The notes under the pieces: generated by a model
Told to the model about the DNA's origin: nothing
What the model saw: the letters and a program-made list of their open reading frames with translations, nothing else
The model's database searches: none
Origin: a virus
Length of the DNA stretch: 64,000 nt
IMG/VR virus record: IMGVR_UViG_3300048919_000265
Strand: one strand, 5' to 3'
Shown: in pieces, positions 10,074 to 19,775 of the stretch
Layout of the letters: each line of letters begins with the position of its first letter
Position numbering within the stretch: position 1 is the first letter of the stretch
Made by a program: the position numbers and the translations under genes

Positions 10074-13000
10074 TTAAGCACCTCCAGATTTGATTACGTC
10101 TAATAAAACATAAATAATAATAAACATAATCAAATTAGATATAACCAGTCTGTAAATTGGTATAGGAGTATCTAAATTGTACATCCGTAAAGAAATGAGT
10201 CTTATAACATCAACTCCCTTCCTGTCGGATCCTCTTATTGGATTCTTTATTAAATCCAAGATGGTATAGCCAATCTTGTAATTAACAATTGCGAAACAAA
10301 TCCAAGAGATTATAATCAAATAGCTTAAAAAATAACACAAGGATAATCTAATGAATGATATTAGATCTCCTCTAAACGCTTGCTCGTACATATTAAGAAA
10401 CTCTTGTTTGAGGTCTGCGCTTTTAGATAACACGTTAAAGTTACTCTTATTTAGCATGAGAAACATATCATCTTTTTCTCCTAATGATAGGCTTTCATCA
10501 AAAAACGGAACGTTATCAATATATCCCTCAGAAAGAGTATTAGTGCTAAGCAATAATTGATAAGTTTTAGTGTCCTTATCAATAACACGTGCAAGTAGAT
10601 TCTTATCTAGCGAAATTCTAAATATCACTGATTTCAAAACTGGAACCTTCTTATTACTGTACGATGTTTTAGAGTAAGCTCCTGTTTTATCACTTGTGGC
10701 TATAAAAGCTCCACTACTTGAACTCTCATTACCAATAAGAGTCTTGTTTAAAACCATGCCGGTGATCGGAACACCTAGTGCTGGATTCTTTATGAACGCT
10801 AACAGTGGTATGTCCTGGTTACTAACTTTAACAACATAACCAGTAAACATTTTACTAACCGCATTCTTAACTGTATCCGCATTAGTCGCATCTCTAACCA
10901 CTTTTTGCCAAGAAGTTAAGTTAGTTTGTGGTTGTGAGACAAAATAATCTCCACTCTTTACAAACTCCATATCTCCTACAATCAACTTACTTCCGTTCTC
11001 AAGAGTATTGGGATCGACTGTACCTACGTTTTTAGAAATCATTGAATCGATCAACCCTTGATTCAATCCTGAAAAATAGACGTTACCAACTTGCAAATAT
11101 GGAGATGTTTTACGAGAAACTAACACCCCTCCATCTGTTACACTCCAGTAATTAGAATCTATAACAAATTTCACATGGGCATTCACAGTTTTACCTTTAA
11201 CTTGCTCTAGGGTATAAGAAGCAGAACGGTTAGACGCATTGAAATCTTTAAACGGAGTGCTTTGGACACCGTACCCTTTTGTCGCACTGTCTAGAAAGTA
11301 TATTGCTTTCTGCATAGCCCCCGATGGTAATTGTCCAGTAACACCATCAGAATCTTTAAATGGTACCATTGCTTTGTCATAGTTCTGTGCACTCAGCGAG
11401 ATTGGGCTAAATATAGTTCTTAAAATATTATATCTACTTTCAATAGCATTACTGGAAACAGAACCCTTATTCCCATTCGCAAATGATACATTGCCTTTAA
11501 TCTCATAAAAAGTTTTACCGCGCTTAGTTGTGCTAATTGCTGTACCACTAATAACATTAGTGTCAATCAATGTTATTTTATTTCCCGATATAGAATCTAC
11601 GTAAAATTTATAACCTCCGGCAGTAACATAACTCTTCTCCCAATAATCTCGCTTATTCTCTGCTGTGCGTGTTTTAATTTTTACAGATCCGTCATACGAC
11701 ACTGGGAAATTTCCATCAGTTGGATCGACCATTCTATAAACCGCATCATTCTTGGTAACAACATAAACAGAATCTCCAGTATTATAAGAACGACTTCCTT
11801 GTGCCACATCTCCGGTTCCTTGCTCTACATCCAGCCTCCGATCACCCATGAGATAGCGCCAAAGAGTACCGTTTTTATACTTACTTCCACCAGATTCAGG
11901 AACCATGCCCATGTTTTCTGATGTTTTACCTTGCGAGTTATTAAACATAGCGTAAACCCACAAAGGATACTCCTTTTGTGGGAAATTATCCGGAACTGGA
12001 TAATAAAAACTAGAGCCGTTACCAGCATCAACATACTTTCCATTCCCTTGAGGTATGGTATTATAAGTTTGCGTGCTACCCATAAAGCGAGTAACCCAAC
12101 TACTAGGTATCTCAGCCCCTACCTGCTTAAATATACTACCTAAAAATCCACTGGAAACCACATTATCTTTGTCATAAAGGACAGTGACATTAGGAACTAG
12201 ATACCCGCTCTTTATATATCTCGTGCCTGAAGTCCCGTAAATTATATTCGCAAACGCATTAGACAGTTCTAAATTGTTATCCCACCAGTCTGCTAATTGC
12301 TTGTCTTCGGGACGTTCAAACAAAAACTTATTGACCTCTTTCAAAGACGGATTAGGATTAGAATACAATGGAGCTGTAAAACTAGTATTCTTATCAGGCA
12401 TCTTATAAACTAAGTGAAGTATAAGTGTAAACTTCATATCCTCACCTTTACCAGATTCGTCTTTCTTGCTAAAGGTTCTAATTAGAAAATTGCTTGCAGA
12501 AGTAAGTTGAGATATATTTACAAATTCAGAAGTTACTGTTGGCGCCGCTGCACCAACATCTCCCCCACCCGCAAACTTACCTTTAAATTTAGCCACATAC
12601 GTACTCGCAATTTTATTACCCGTACTACCTAATACAGGCGCTAGATGCTCATCATAGATATTTTTAGTTAAGTATAAGCTATTCGGATCCAAAGACGAGA
12701 TATACGCATTACTCATTAGCATTTTTATAACATCTAAATTATAATAGATTTCTCCGCCCACACTACTAACCATCACATCCTCAGTTTGAATAACATGTGA
12801 GCCGACCAGTGCTATATTCTTGTCCTGTAAAAGTATAGCCATTGCACCAGTTCTCTTGTTCTTTAATAGCTTATCTTCCATGATAACGATATCACTTTTT
12901 ATGTTTTTGAAAGAACTGGCCGGGACCAAAACAACTTCCTGTCCACTATCCGTATACTTGGTCACCGCTGTTATATACTTAGTGCTGAACAAGCTATCAG

Positions 13001-14852
13001 TAGCAACTTGCAAATTCCCGTCTACCGTACGCAAAGCGGTTGTAGCATTACTAGCATTAACCTTAAATTTAACTTCCCACTGATACTTGCTTTTCGCACC
13101 TGCTGGCACAGTAGCACTTATCAATTCCGGAAACTTACTTTTGTTAAATTCCTTGCTAGTCATTAATACGCCTTTATATTTATACTTACGATAATCATCA
13201 AACACCTTTTTTATCTCATACTGGTTTGGGGAAGTCACAGCAGGAGCAGCGAAATTAGTCTTTTTGGTATAAACCTTAAACCCAAACCACCTGCTCTCCT
13301 CAATACTAGCTTGCGGCTTCGCTGTACTACTTTCTATCAGATCAACCGCTTCTGTTTCAGCTTCTGGTATAGGAGAAACTGAATACGACCCTGACTCATC
13401 CTTAAGCTGTGTTGTTTCCTCCACCTTCTCAGAATTAATGCTTACCTGAAGCTGACTAAATCCTTTTTGGAGCCAAAAATTATCCGAATCAGTTAATTGT
13501 ATCTCGGAAAATTTAGTTCTAGCTTCCTTATTAGCCAATCGGTATAATAATTTGTAAGAAAATTCCACAGTCAAATTTCCATACAAATTTCTGTATTCCG
13601 TAGGATCTTCAAAATTCAAAATACCTTTAGCCGTTAAGAACATTACAGTTTTACGATCCGCATCTGTCAATCCATCCAAATAATTAGCACCATATTTATA
13701 GGTAACTATTTTTGCTTCTGTATCTGTCATATCCTTTTCAGTTAAGCGAAGCATACTTTCTACATACTTCAAAGCAGTCATAGAATCAACTGCTTCGTTC
13801 ACGAAATAATTTGGAGTCGTCTTATCTATAACAACAGTAGATCCCTTGTTCGCGCTACCTCTGCTGCTGCCGTCTGCGATACCTGTTATATTATAACTCT
13901 TACCCAAAACCCGGCTACTACTTAGATAATCAACTAAGTCATTTGGCTGATCTTTTCCTGCCATAGCCATGAATGGTGCTAATCCATTATACCATAAGGG
14001 ATAAATATTAGAGCCTTTACTGGAGGAGACTTGAATCTTTTCATATCCCTCCTTAAAGCGTAAATCTTTAATATTCGACATGTCGATAATTTTCTTATCG
14101 ACTAATTCTTTTAAGTATAACTCATAAACATTAGGACTAACATAACTATAATAATCCCCTTCAGGAAATTCACGCTCAACATCCTCTTGCGCGCCATAAG
14201 GAGTGTAGGCATACTCGTGACCTGTTTCCGAAACTACTTGTCTCTCCCTCGGTCTATACTTCTTTTCCCTATTCCCATCTTCGTCTTGTGTATAATAAAT
14301 CTCTGATGCTTCGCGCCAAGAAGAAATGTTAAACACTAAAGGGCGACTTTCTATAACCCCATACAACGCTTTATAGGCACCCATCAAAAAATCACTTCTT
14401 GTGACACTAACATTAGGTTCATTACGATCATACAAAACTGGTTGCTTGCCTACTGTAACACCCGAAGCTTTTATCGTTACCTCCGGATCTCTGCTTACAA
14501 TATTATGCTCTATAAGCCAATTCAACTCTTTGTCCGATAAGCTCGTTGTTAAGGGTTTAAAATTCTGGGAAGAAAAAACTCCCTGCCCTTCAGCAGACTC
14601 TGATCTAGGAATAGTCAAATTATTACTATTCCGTTCTATATTATCCTGAATCACTTCTTTACTATTGGATGCAGCCACAAGTTTTTTCCCTTGCTCCGAC
14701 AATCTATCAGTTGTTATCTTATAATCTATCTCCCGTTGTTGATTGTTAATACTTCTTACTCCGGTCACAGTTGAAGCAGCTTCTGCAACTCCCGAGAACA
14801 AAAATAGCGAAACTAACATCAGTGCTACACTACGGTGTTTAATCTTCATCAC
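10074..14852 (-). CDS. Large secreted cell-envelope protein (1592 aa) with possible degenerate SLH-like motifs and C-terminal membrane anchor
   Basis: Signal peptide ending AEA. Segments ELNWLIEHNIV...VTRSDFLMGAYKAL and TVMFLTAKGILNF...LTVEFSYKLLYRL resemble S-layer-homology repeats. Two C-terminal TM segments. Confidence 0.6.
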   Translation of the reverse strand: MMKIKHRSVALMLVSLFLFSGVAEAASTVTGVRSINNQQREIDYKITTDRLSEQGKKLVAASNSKEVIQDNIERNSNNLTIPRSESAEGQGVFSSQNFKPLTTSLSDKELNWLIEHNIVSRDPEVTIKASGVTVGKQPVLYDRNEPNVSVTRSDFLMGAYKALYGVIESRPLVFNISSWREASEIYYTQDEDGNREKKYRPRERQVVSETGHEYAYTPYGAQEDVEREFPEGDYYSYVSPNVYELYLKELVDKKIIDMSNIKDLRFKEGYEKIQVSSSKGSNIYPLWYNGLAPFMAMAGKDQPNDLVDYLSSSRVLGKSYNITGIADGSSRGSANKGSTVVIDKTTPNYFVNEAVDSMTALKYVESMLRLTEKDMTDTEAKIVTYKYGANYLDGLTDADRKTVMFLTAKGILNFEDPTEYRNLYGNLTVEFSYKLLYRLANKEARTKFSEIQLTDSDNFWLQKGFSQLQVSINSEKVEETTQLKDESGSYSVSPIPEAETEAVDLIESSTAKPQASIEESRWFGFKVYTKKTNFAAPAVTSPNQYEIKKVFDDYRKYKYKGVLMTSKEFNKSKFPELISATVPAGAKSKYQWEVKFKVNASNATTALRTVDGNLQVATDSLFSTKYITAVTKYTDSGQEVVLVPASSFKNIKSDIVIMEDKLLKNKRTGAMAILLQDKNIALVGSHVIQTEDVMVSSVGGEIYYNLDVIKMLMSNAYISSLDPNSLYLTKNIYDEHLAPVLGSTGNKIASTYVAKFKGKFAGGGDVGAAAPTVTSEFVNISQLTSASNFLIRTFSKKDESGKGEDMKFTLILHLVYKMPDKNTSFTAPLYSNPNPSLKEVNKFLFERPEDKQLADWWDNNLELSNAFANIIYGTSGTRYIKSGYLVPNVTVLYDKDNVVSSGFLGSIFKQVGAEIPSSWVTRFMGSTQTYNTIPQGNGKYVDAGNGSSFYYPVPDNFPQKEYPLWVYAMFNNSQGKTSENMGMVPESGGSKYKNGTLWRYLMGDRRLDVEQGTGDVAQGSRSYNTGDSVYVVTKNDAVYRMVDPTDGNFPVSYDGSVKIKTRTAENKRDYWEKSYVTAGGYKFYVDSISGNKITLIDTNVISGTAISTTKRGKTFYEIKGNVSFANGNKGSVSSNAIESRYNILRTIFSPISLSAQNYDKAMVPFKDSDGVTGQLPSGAMQKAIYFLDSATKGYGVQSTPFKDFNASNRSASYTLEQVKGKTVNAHVKFVIDSNYWSVTDGGVLVSRKTSPYLQVGNVYFSGLNQGLIDSMISKNVGTVDPNTLENGSKLIVGDMEFVKSGDYFVSQPQTNLTSWQKVVRDATNADTVKNAVSKMFTGYVVKVSNQDIPLLAFIKNPALGVPITGMVLNKTLIGNESSSSGAFIATSDKTGAYSKTSYSNKKVPVLKSVIFRISLDKNLLARVIDKDTKTYQLLLSTNTLSEGYIDNVPFFDESLSLGEKDDMFLMLNKSNFNVLSKSADLKQEFLNMYEQAFRGDLISFIRLSLCYFLSYLIIISWICFAIVNYKIGYTILDLIKNPIRGSDRKGVDVIRLISLRMYNLDTPIPIYRLVISNLIMFIIIYVLLDVIKSGGA

Positions 14853-15303
14853 CGCCCAAAAATTTCTTTTTAATTCTCAATTTTATTGGAATATTTTTAA
14901 AACTTAATAATAAATCTCTATTACACTCAACAATTGTAAGATGATATTCAATAAACTCCTTGTGCTTTATAATTTCTCTAAGGGTTTCTTCGTACTCACG
15001 AGGAATTTGAAAATCCGCTTCCCTCACCGTAGAATCCATTTTCGCGCCATTCACATTCAATATAAATTCCTGATAAATCTTCTCTAATATCAGGCCTTTA
15101 AGCATTTCTTCACGCTCAGTTCTCTCACGATACTCTTTTTCTAAACGTTTATCTCGCTGATACCGATATAACCTAGTTTCACGATACTTATACTGAATGC
15201 CTACCATTATGCGTTGGAGAGGTCGTAGACTAGGTGGGTCTATCTGCCCATCTAAGTCTACGACCTCTCGTAATTTAATTCTCATCCCTAGCCTCCTTAC
15301 CAA
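14839..15303 (-). CDS. Hypothetical protein (about 150 aa)
   Basis: ORF track; likely start is ATG at 15285 after GGAGG. Confidence 0.65.
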   Translation of the reverse strand: MVRRLGMRIKLREVVDLDGQIDPPSLRPLQRIMVGIQYKYRETRLYRYQRDKRLEKEYRERTEREEMLKGLILEKIYQEFILNVNGAKMDSTVREADFQIPREYEETLREIIKHKEFIEYHLTIVECNRDLLLSFKNIPIKLRIKKKFLGGDED

Positions 15304-16507
15304 ACTTAGCCATATCTGATAACTCCTGTTGCGTTAAGGTACTTATCTTACCAAACTGAGACTGTTGCCTAAGAGCTTGCGTACTTTTAAATTTAGCGGA
15401 AGCCTCCGCATTTTGCGTGACAGCATTAACTTTGCTGTCAGTTATGATGCTGCCCACACTCTTCCCATTCAATACCTGGTGCATCTTAATCACAGCCAGT
15501 TTAAAATCAGCTTCGGTGCATTTATTTACATCTAGTGATCCTACAATTCCAGCTAACTTATAGATAACGGAATCCTCTAAAACTTCTTGAATCGAATTTT
15601 TATCCTCCTTAGAAAATTCAGACCCCGATCCACCATACACTAATAAAACAGTGTTCACCATAAAATCTTTAAATTGTATTATAACTGTATCCAAACTGTG
15701 TACAGATAACAAACTTTCAAGCGACTTAGCAGTAGCGTACATACCTTCTCGCATACTCCGATACAAGTCAATAAAAACTTCATTAGATATAAAACCTAAA
15801 TATTTACGTAATTCTTCTTCATTCGGTTTATTTTTAATGCTAAACTCAAGAAGATCAACTAAGTTCCTTGGGATCCCTGCCGCAGACTTTATTAACATCT
15901 CTTCTGTTTCTTTATTAGTTTTGGTAATCCCTAACCGTAACAGTGTCTTATCAAACAAAAACTTAGCTTCTGTCCTATTCAAGCGGGTGAATCTATAGGT
16001 AGCACCCATCGCTCGACTTCTTAATTCTGGCAAAAGTTTATGTTCCTTAGTAGTCGTTACCAGCACTTTAGTGCTATCGTCCAAACGATCAATATGCTCT
16101 AGAAATGGTAATTGCTCGTTTTGCCCTAACGCATGAAATTCTTCCAAAATATACACGTTATAACCATAACTACCTTGCAATGTGAATATTTCTTTTATAA
16201 CATCGTTAATGTCCTTCTTACTATCTAACTTAGCCATATTAATCTTAACCAAGTTCATTGATCTGCCTGTAGAATTGATAGCTCTAACATTAGCTTTACA
16301 ACTATCACACTCTAAGCAAGGCTCATTGTTTTTCAGATTGGTGCACGTTAAATACAAGCCTGTGATATCTGCACAAGAAGACTTACCAGTGCCCATCACT
16401 CCTGAAAAAATAGCGAAACTTTTTAGGGTCTTAAGTTCCAATGAGCGTTGTAACAATGCAATAACTGCCACATTTCCTACAAGTTGTGAGAATTTTGTTA
16501 ATCGCAT
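15275..16507 (-). CDS. dnaX: DNA polymerase III gamma/tau-like clamp-loader AAA+ ATPase
   Basis: F..LVGN start, Walker A GVMGTGKSS, zinc module C...PCLECDSC, Walker B YILEEFHAL, SRC-like LRSRA, C-terminal collar helices. Confidence 0.88.
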   Translation of the reverse strand: MRLTKFSQLVGNVAVIALLQRSLELKTLKSFAIFSGVMGTGKSSCADITGLYLTCTNLKNNEPCLECDSCKANVRAINSTGRSMNLVKINMAKLDSKKDINDVIKEIFTLQGSYGYNVYILEEFHALGQNEQLPFLEHIDRLDDSTKVLVTTTKEHKLLPELRSRAMGATYRFTRLNRTEAKFLFDKTLLRLGITKTNKETEEMLIKSAAGIPRNLVDLLEFSIKNKPNEEELRKYLGFISNEVFIDLYRSMREGMYATAKSLESLLSVHSLDTVIIQFKDFMVNTVLLVYGGSGSEFSKEDKNSIQEVLEDSVIYKLAGIVGSLDVNKCTEADFKLAVIKMHQVLNGKSVGSIITDSKVNAVTQNAEASAKFKSTQALRQQSQFGKISTLTQQELSDMAKFGKEARDEN

Positions 16508-16530
16508 AAATAACTCTCCTTAAATGAAAT

Positions 16531-16559
16531 ATAGCGGTGGGGATAATCCCCACCGCTAT
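16531..16559 (-). terminator. Rho-independent terminator-like hairpin after the 608-aa gene
   Basis: atagcggtgggga-taa-tccccaccgctat, a perfect 13-bp stem; ATTTCATTT follows on the minus strand. Confidence 0.75.
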
Positions 16560-16585
16560 TTGAGTACACAGCCGTATTGCTTCTA

Positions 16586-18412
16586 TTATTGAGCAACGCG
16601 AGCGGCAGCGCGAATATCAGTAATCGAGTTTTCGATTTGTTTGAAATCAACATTAGTATCAGCGAAAGTAATATCGCTTTCATCCAGTTGATGTTGTGCC
16701 AAACCAAGACGCAGGCGAATCAATTGCTCATTGCTTACGAAGTTAGCTGGTTTCTTAGTTGTAGTACGACGAGTAAGTTCACGCAGACGTTCAACAGTCA
16801 AAGCACCATTAGAAGCATCAACAATTGTTTTGAACGCTGGATTATTCAAAGATGCCAATTTGCTCAGCTCAGGATCGTTCAACACGCGTTCGTCAGTAGT
16901 GAGAACTGTTTTGAAACGTGGATTGCCCATAACTCCTGCAGCATTTGGTTTAGCTTCCTTAACAGGAATAGCGATATCGGAAAGAGGCTCTCCTTCTTTT
17001 GCATCGAAGAAAGGACGAACAGTAATTTGCTCGCGCTCATTGATGTTACGTGCAAAGAAAGTAGAAGTAATCTTACCTTCTGCATCAACACTTACCTTGT
17101 TTGCATCTTCAGGAGCCAACAGACTGTATTTACTCTTGTCGTCTCGGTTCTTGCGACCATGAACCAAATTGTGGAAAGCAGAAACATTCAGCTTCTCAAT
17201 TTGCGTTTCGTCCAGCGGTTGGTTGTAGTTAATTGTTTCATAAGTGCGCAGTGGGAAATAGTTAGAATCAATAAACAAACTACGACGTTTGCTAGTTTTC
17301 AACAATGGAACAACCACTTGTTGACCTGTAGGTTGACCATCTTTAGTTTTGTAACGAACAGTAGCTTTTTGTGTTACCACACCAGCAGCTGCTCCACCAT
17401 GAGTAAGTTCGCTTTCTGCAATCTCACTACCAAAATACAAGTCGAGGATTGTAGGATACAGTTCTTTAGACAATACTTGCGTAACCAGAGTACGATTAGA
17501 CTCATCAGCTTGAAGGCGACCTGGTTTCAAGAAGTCTGTCATTTCAACGATACCCCCAGCTGGGATAGTCAAAACCAAACCTTGGATTTTACCAGGCTTA
17601 GCTTGACGAACGTTAATACGAGTCTCAGTTTGTAGATACTTCTTAGCAACTTTTTCGCCTTGTTCATGCGCCTGTTGCACTTCTGCTGGAGCTGTAGCAC
17701 TAACTACAACTTTACCATTTTCCAAACGAGGTTCTGCTGTCGTTATGAACTCAATACGTTTGTCGGTAGCAGTAATGTAACCAATCAAACGACCTTCAGT
17801 GCGATTAAACTTTTGCAGAGAATAAGCGTCTGCAGCTTCCATTTCAGAAATTTGAGAAGAAATTTCAGCACGCAATCCAGATGGTTTACTTTCAGTTGTG
17901 CTAGGCTCTTCGTTAAACGCATTCATTGCAGTGGGTGCTGCATTACCTTCAGTCAAACCTTGCTGCAAATCCTCCAAACCTGTTGAACTCAATTCTGCCA
18001 AACCTTCCAAACCCTTCAAACCGTCTCCCATTACTTTCAGCTCCTTAGCTATTTCTTTTGTTTTGTTAATTTTTCCTGCAGGATATAACTTTTCAATATA
18101 TTCAACACCCGAGAATTGATCTTTACCATTCCATTCCCGAATATTGAACTTTCTTCTGCGAATCTGTTTGGCAACAAGAACTCCATCACTAGAAACTATG
18201 TGTGCTTTATCAATATCAGTCACACTATCTAAGGGCCGGTCACTTGCTACCCATTTCGCACCATCAATAACAATGGGGACTGCAACCTGTAACTTCTCCT
18301 CAGAACTCAACTCCCTGAATTTTGACAACTCAAGAGTGTACTTCAAGTCCATCTCATGAAGAGTCCGCAGTTCACTGTGCTGCATCATAAACTCCATCGT
18401 AATTTCAGTCAC
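16586..18412 (-). CDS. Orphan protein with highly-expressed codon bias (608 aa; possible internal start at 18031)
   Basis: Long ORF enriched in CGT/AAC/TTC/GCT/ACT codons downstream of 18031. Internal AAGGAG-9 nt-ATG at 18031. Has its own terminator. Confidence 0.8.
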   Translation of the reverse strand: MTEITMEFMMQHSELRTLHEMDLKYTLELSKFRELSSEEKLQVAVPIVIDGAKWVASDRPLDSVTDIDKAHIVSSDGVLVAKQIRRRKFNIREWNGKDQFSGVEYIEKLYPAGKINKTKEIAKELKVMGDGLKGLEGLAELSSTGLEDLQQGLTEGNAAPTAMNAFNEEPSTTESKPSGLRAEISSQISEMEAADAYSLQKFNRTEGRLIGYITATDKRIEFITTAEPRLENGKVVVSATAPAEVQQAHEQGEKVAKKYLQTETRINVRQAKPGKIQGLVLTIPAGGIVEMTDFLKPGRLQADESNRTLVTQVLSKELYPTILDLYFGSEIAESELTHGGAAAGVVTQKATVRYKTKDGQPTGQQVVVPLLKTSKRRSLFIDSNYFPLRTYETINYNQPLDETQIEKLNVSAFHNLVHGRKNRDDKSKYSLLAPEDANKVSVDAEGKITSTFFARNINEREQITVRPFFDAKEGEPLSDIAIPVKEAKPNAAGVMGNPRFKTVLTTDERVLNDPELSKLASLNNPAFKTIVDASNGALTVERLRELTRRTTTKKPANFVSNEQLIRLRLGLAQHQLDESDITFADTNVDFKQIENSITDIRAAARVAQ

Positions 18413-18487
18413 TAGTTAATACCACCACCCCCACGTATATTCATCATGAGATAATCAGCCACTGTCTTAAAATACGGTATTGCGTTC

Positions 18488-18515
18488 CTGGCTGTGATTC
18501 GACAATCACAGCCAG
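18488..18515. other. Perfect 12-bp hairpin between the rpoA-like gene and the 608-aa gene
   Basis: ctggctgtgatt-cgac-aatcacagccag; no downstream U-tract on either strand. Confidence 0.7.
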
Positions 18516-18522
18516 AAAATTG

Positions 18523-19218
18523 CTATTCCTCAAGAGAGAGCTCAAAACCTTGATTAACTTCTTCCTCCTCTCTATAGAACTCCGGATCTTTCTGAGAAAT
18601 CCTAGATTGAACCATAGAAACATTTTTAAGCAAAAGACTCAAACTATCCTCAAGCAAACTCATTTCATCTGCTGTATCAGAGTCGACACAAAGGATCAGC
18701 CATTCATCCAACAGAGAAGCTTCTTTAATATCGAAAGTGAAGTTACGTACATTAGTATGGCGCGAATTAAACACCATGTAATCCTCCCTACGTTCTCCAC
18801 TTTCTATTAAGAAATCAGCGTTGCTAGCATGATCCATTTCGCCAGAAGCTTTTCTAAACACAATAGTAAGTGTAACAGCACGATCCTCTAATGATGTCAT
18901 AATAACACTATCTGGACCAGACACTACAAAATTATCAGACATCATTTCGCTACTTCTAAGACTCTTAGTGAAAGTAAACTTCTCCTTAATGAAATTTCCT
19001 TCAAGTCCTTCAGTGGGCACGTACCTTAAAGATGTAACACCTGCCATAATGCTAGGCATATCTTCGGGAATCTCAGCAGTTGTATGCACCGTATTAAACT
19101 TCCTATCTAGTGAAATTGCAATAGGTACCCAAGCCGATAATCTTGACATAGCTATTTGTCGTAATGCATTGCCTACAGCTACACCCACTCCTTTAGGCAA
19201 TCGTACTTCGAGTTTCAT
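18523..19218 (-). CDS. RNA polymerase alpha subunit N-terminal-domain homolog lacking the alpha-CTD
   Basis: GVGVAVGNALRQIAMSRL matches alpha GYGTTLGNSLRRILLSSL; IPEDMPSIMAGV ~ VVEDVTTIIL; TIVFRKASG ~ LTAQRGRG; NSRHTNVRNFTFDI ~ DSIYTPVSRVSYQV; WLILCVDSD ~ KLTLDVWTD. Ends at 231 aa with an acidic tail. Confidence 0.75.
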   Translation of the reverse strand: MKLEVRLPKGVGVAVGNALRQIAMSRLSAWVPIAISLDRKFNTVHTTAEIPEDMPSIMAGVTSLRYVPTEGLEGNFIKEKFTFTKSLRSSEMMSDNFVVSGPDSVIMTSLEDRAVTLTIVFRKASGEMDHASNADFLIESGERREDYMVFNSRHTNVRNFTFDIKEASLLDEWLILCVDSDTADEMSLLEDSLSLLLKNVSMVQSRISQKDPEFYREEEEVNQGFELSLEE

Positions 19219-19775
19219 TATACCACCTCTACAATGTAAGTTTCTTCGCTGTTGTTACCAAAATACAATAAGATAGAAGCAAGAGCAAGCAAATCATTAG
19301 CTTCTAAACGTTCCAATTCTTCATAATTAAACTGGGCGAAAACCCCAATACTAAACCCATCTGTGCTATCTCCATTCTCAAGCACTCCCTTAAGTTCCGC
19401 TACAATATCCTGCAAAACTAATTGCTTCTTTGGTATCTTAGACTCTCTTCCCAAAGAAGTCTCAATTTTAATACAAGGACTGATATCTAACTCTGTACGC
19501 AAAACGTTACACAACATATTAGCCATGTCTTGATAAAAATACTTTAACACCAACGAACACTCGTACAGAAACTGATCTTTACCTCTCAAGTAATCCAATG
19601 CTTTTTTATACACAAATATATCTCGCCCGTACAGATCAGAAACTATTTGCAGATGCAATTGGCTTTTTACATAATTTTCAAAGGTAAACGTCAGATCTCT
19701 GTTGAAAAAGTGCATGTGTATAGGCTTGACGCCACTAACAATAAACATCATAAACTGACTGTACGGAACTATCAT
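19218..19775 (-). CDS. Hypothetical protein (185 aa)
   Basis: ORF coupled to both neighbours by stop/start overlaps. Confidence 0.7.
   Translation of the reverse strand: MIVPYSQFMMFIVSGVKPIHMHFFNRDLTFTFENYVKSQLHLQIVSDLYGRDIFVYKKALDYLRGKDQFLYECSLVLKYFYQDMANMLCNVLRTELDISPCIKIETSLGRESKIPKKQLVLQDIVAELKGVLENGDSTDGFSIGVFAQFNYEELERLEANDLLALASILLYFGNNSEETYIVEVV

Noticed and set aside
16498-16707. 69-aa minus-strand ORF spanning the 16531-16559 hairpin
   Set aside because: Out-of-frame overlap with the 608-aa gene end and the terminator; no RBS.
16577-17635. 352-aa + strand ORF (and other + strand ORFs at 16731-18359)
   Set aside because: Antisense shadows of the strongly codon-biased 608-aa gene; no RBS or protein-like composition.
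18523-19218. Host rpoA
   Set aside because: No CTD, very divergent, and not in the ribosomal-protein alpha operon.
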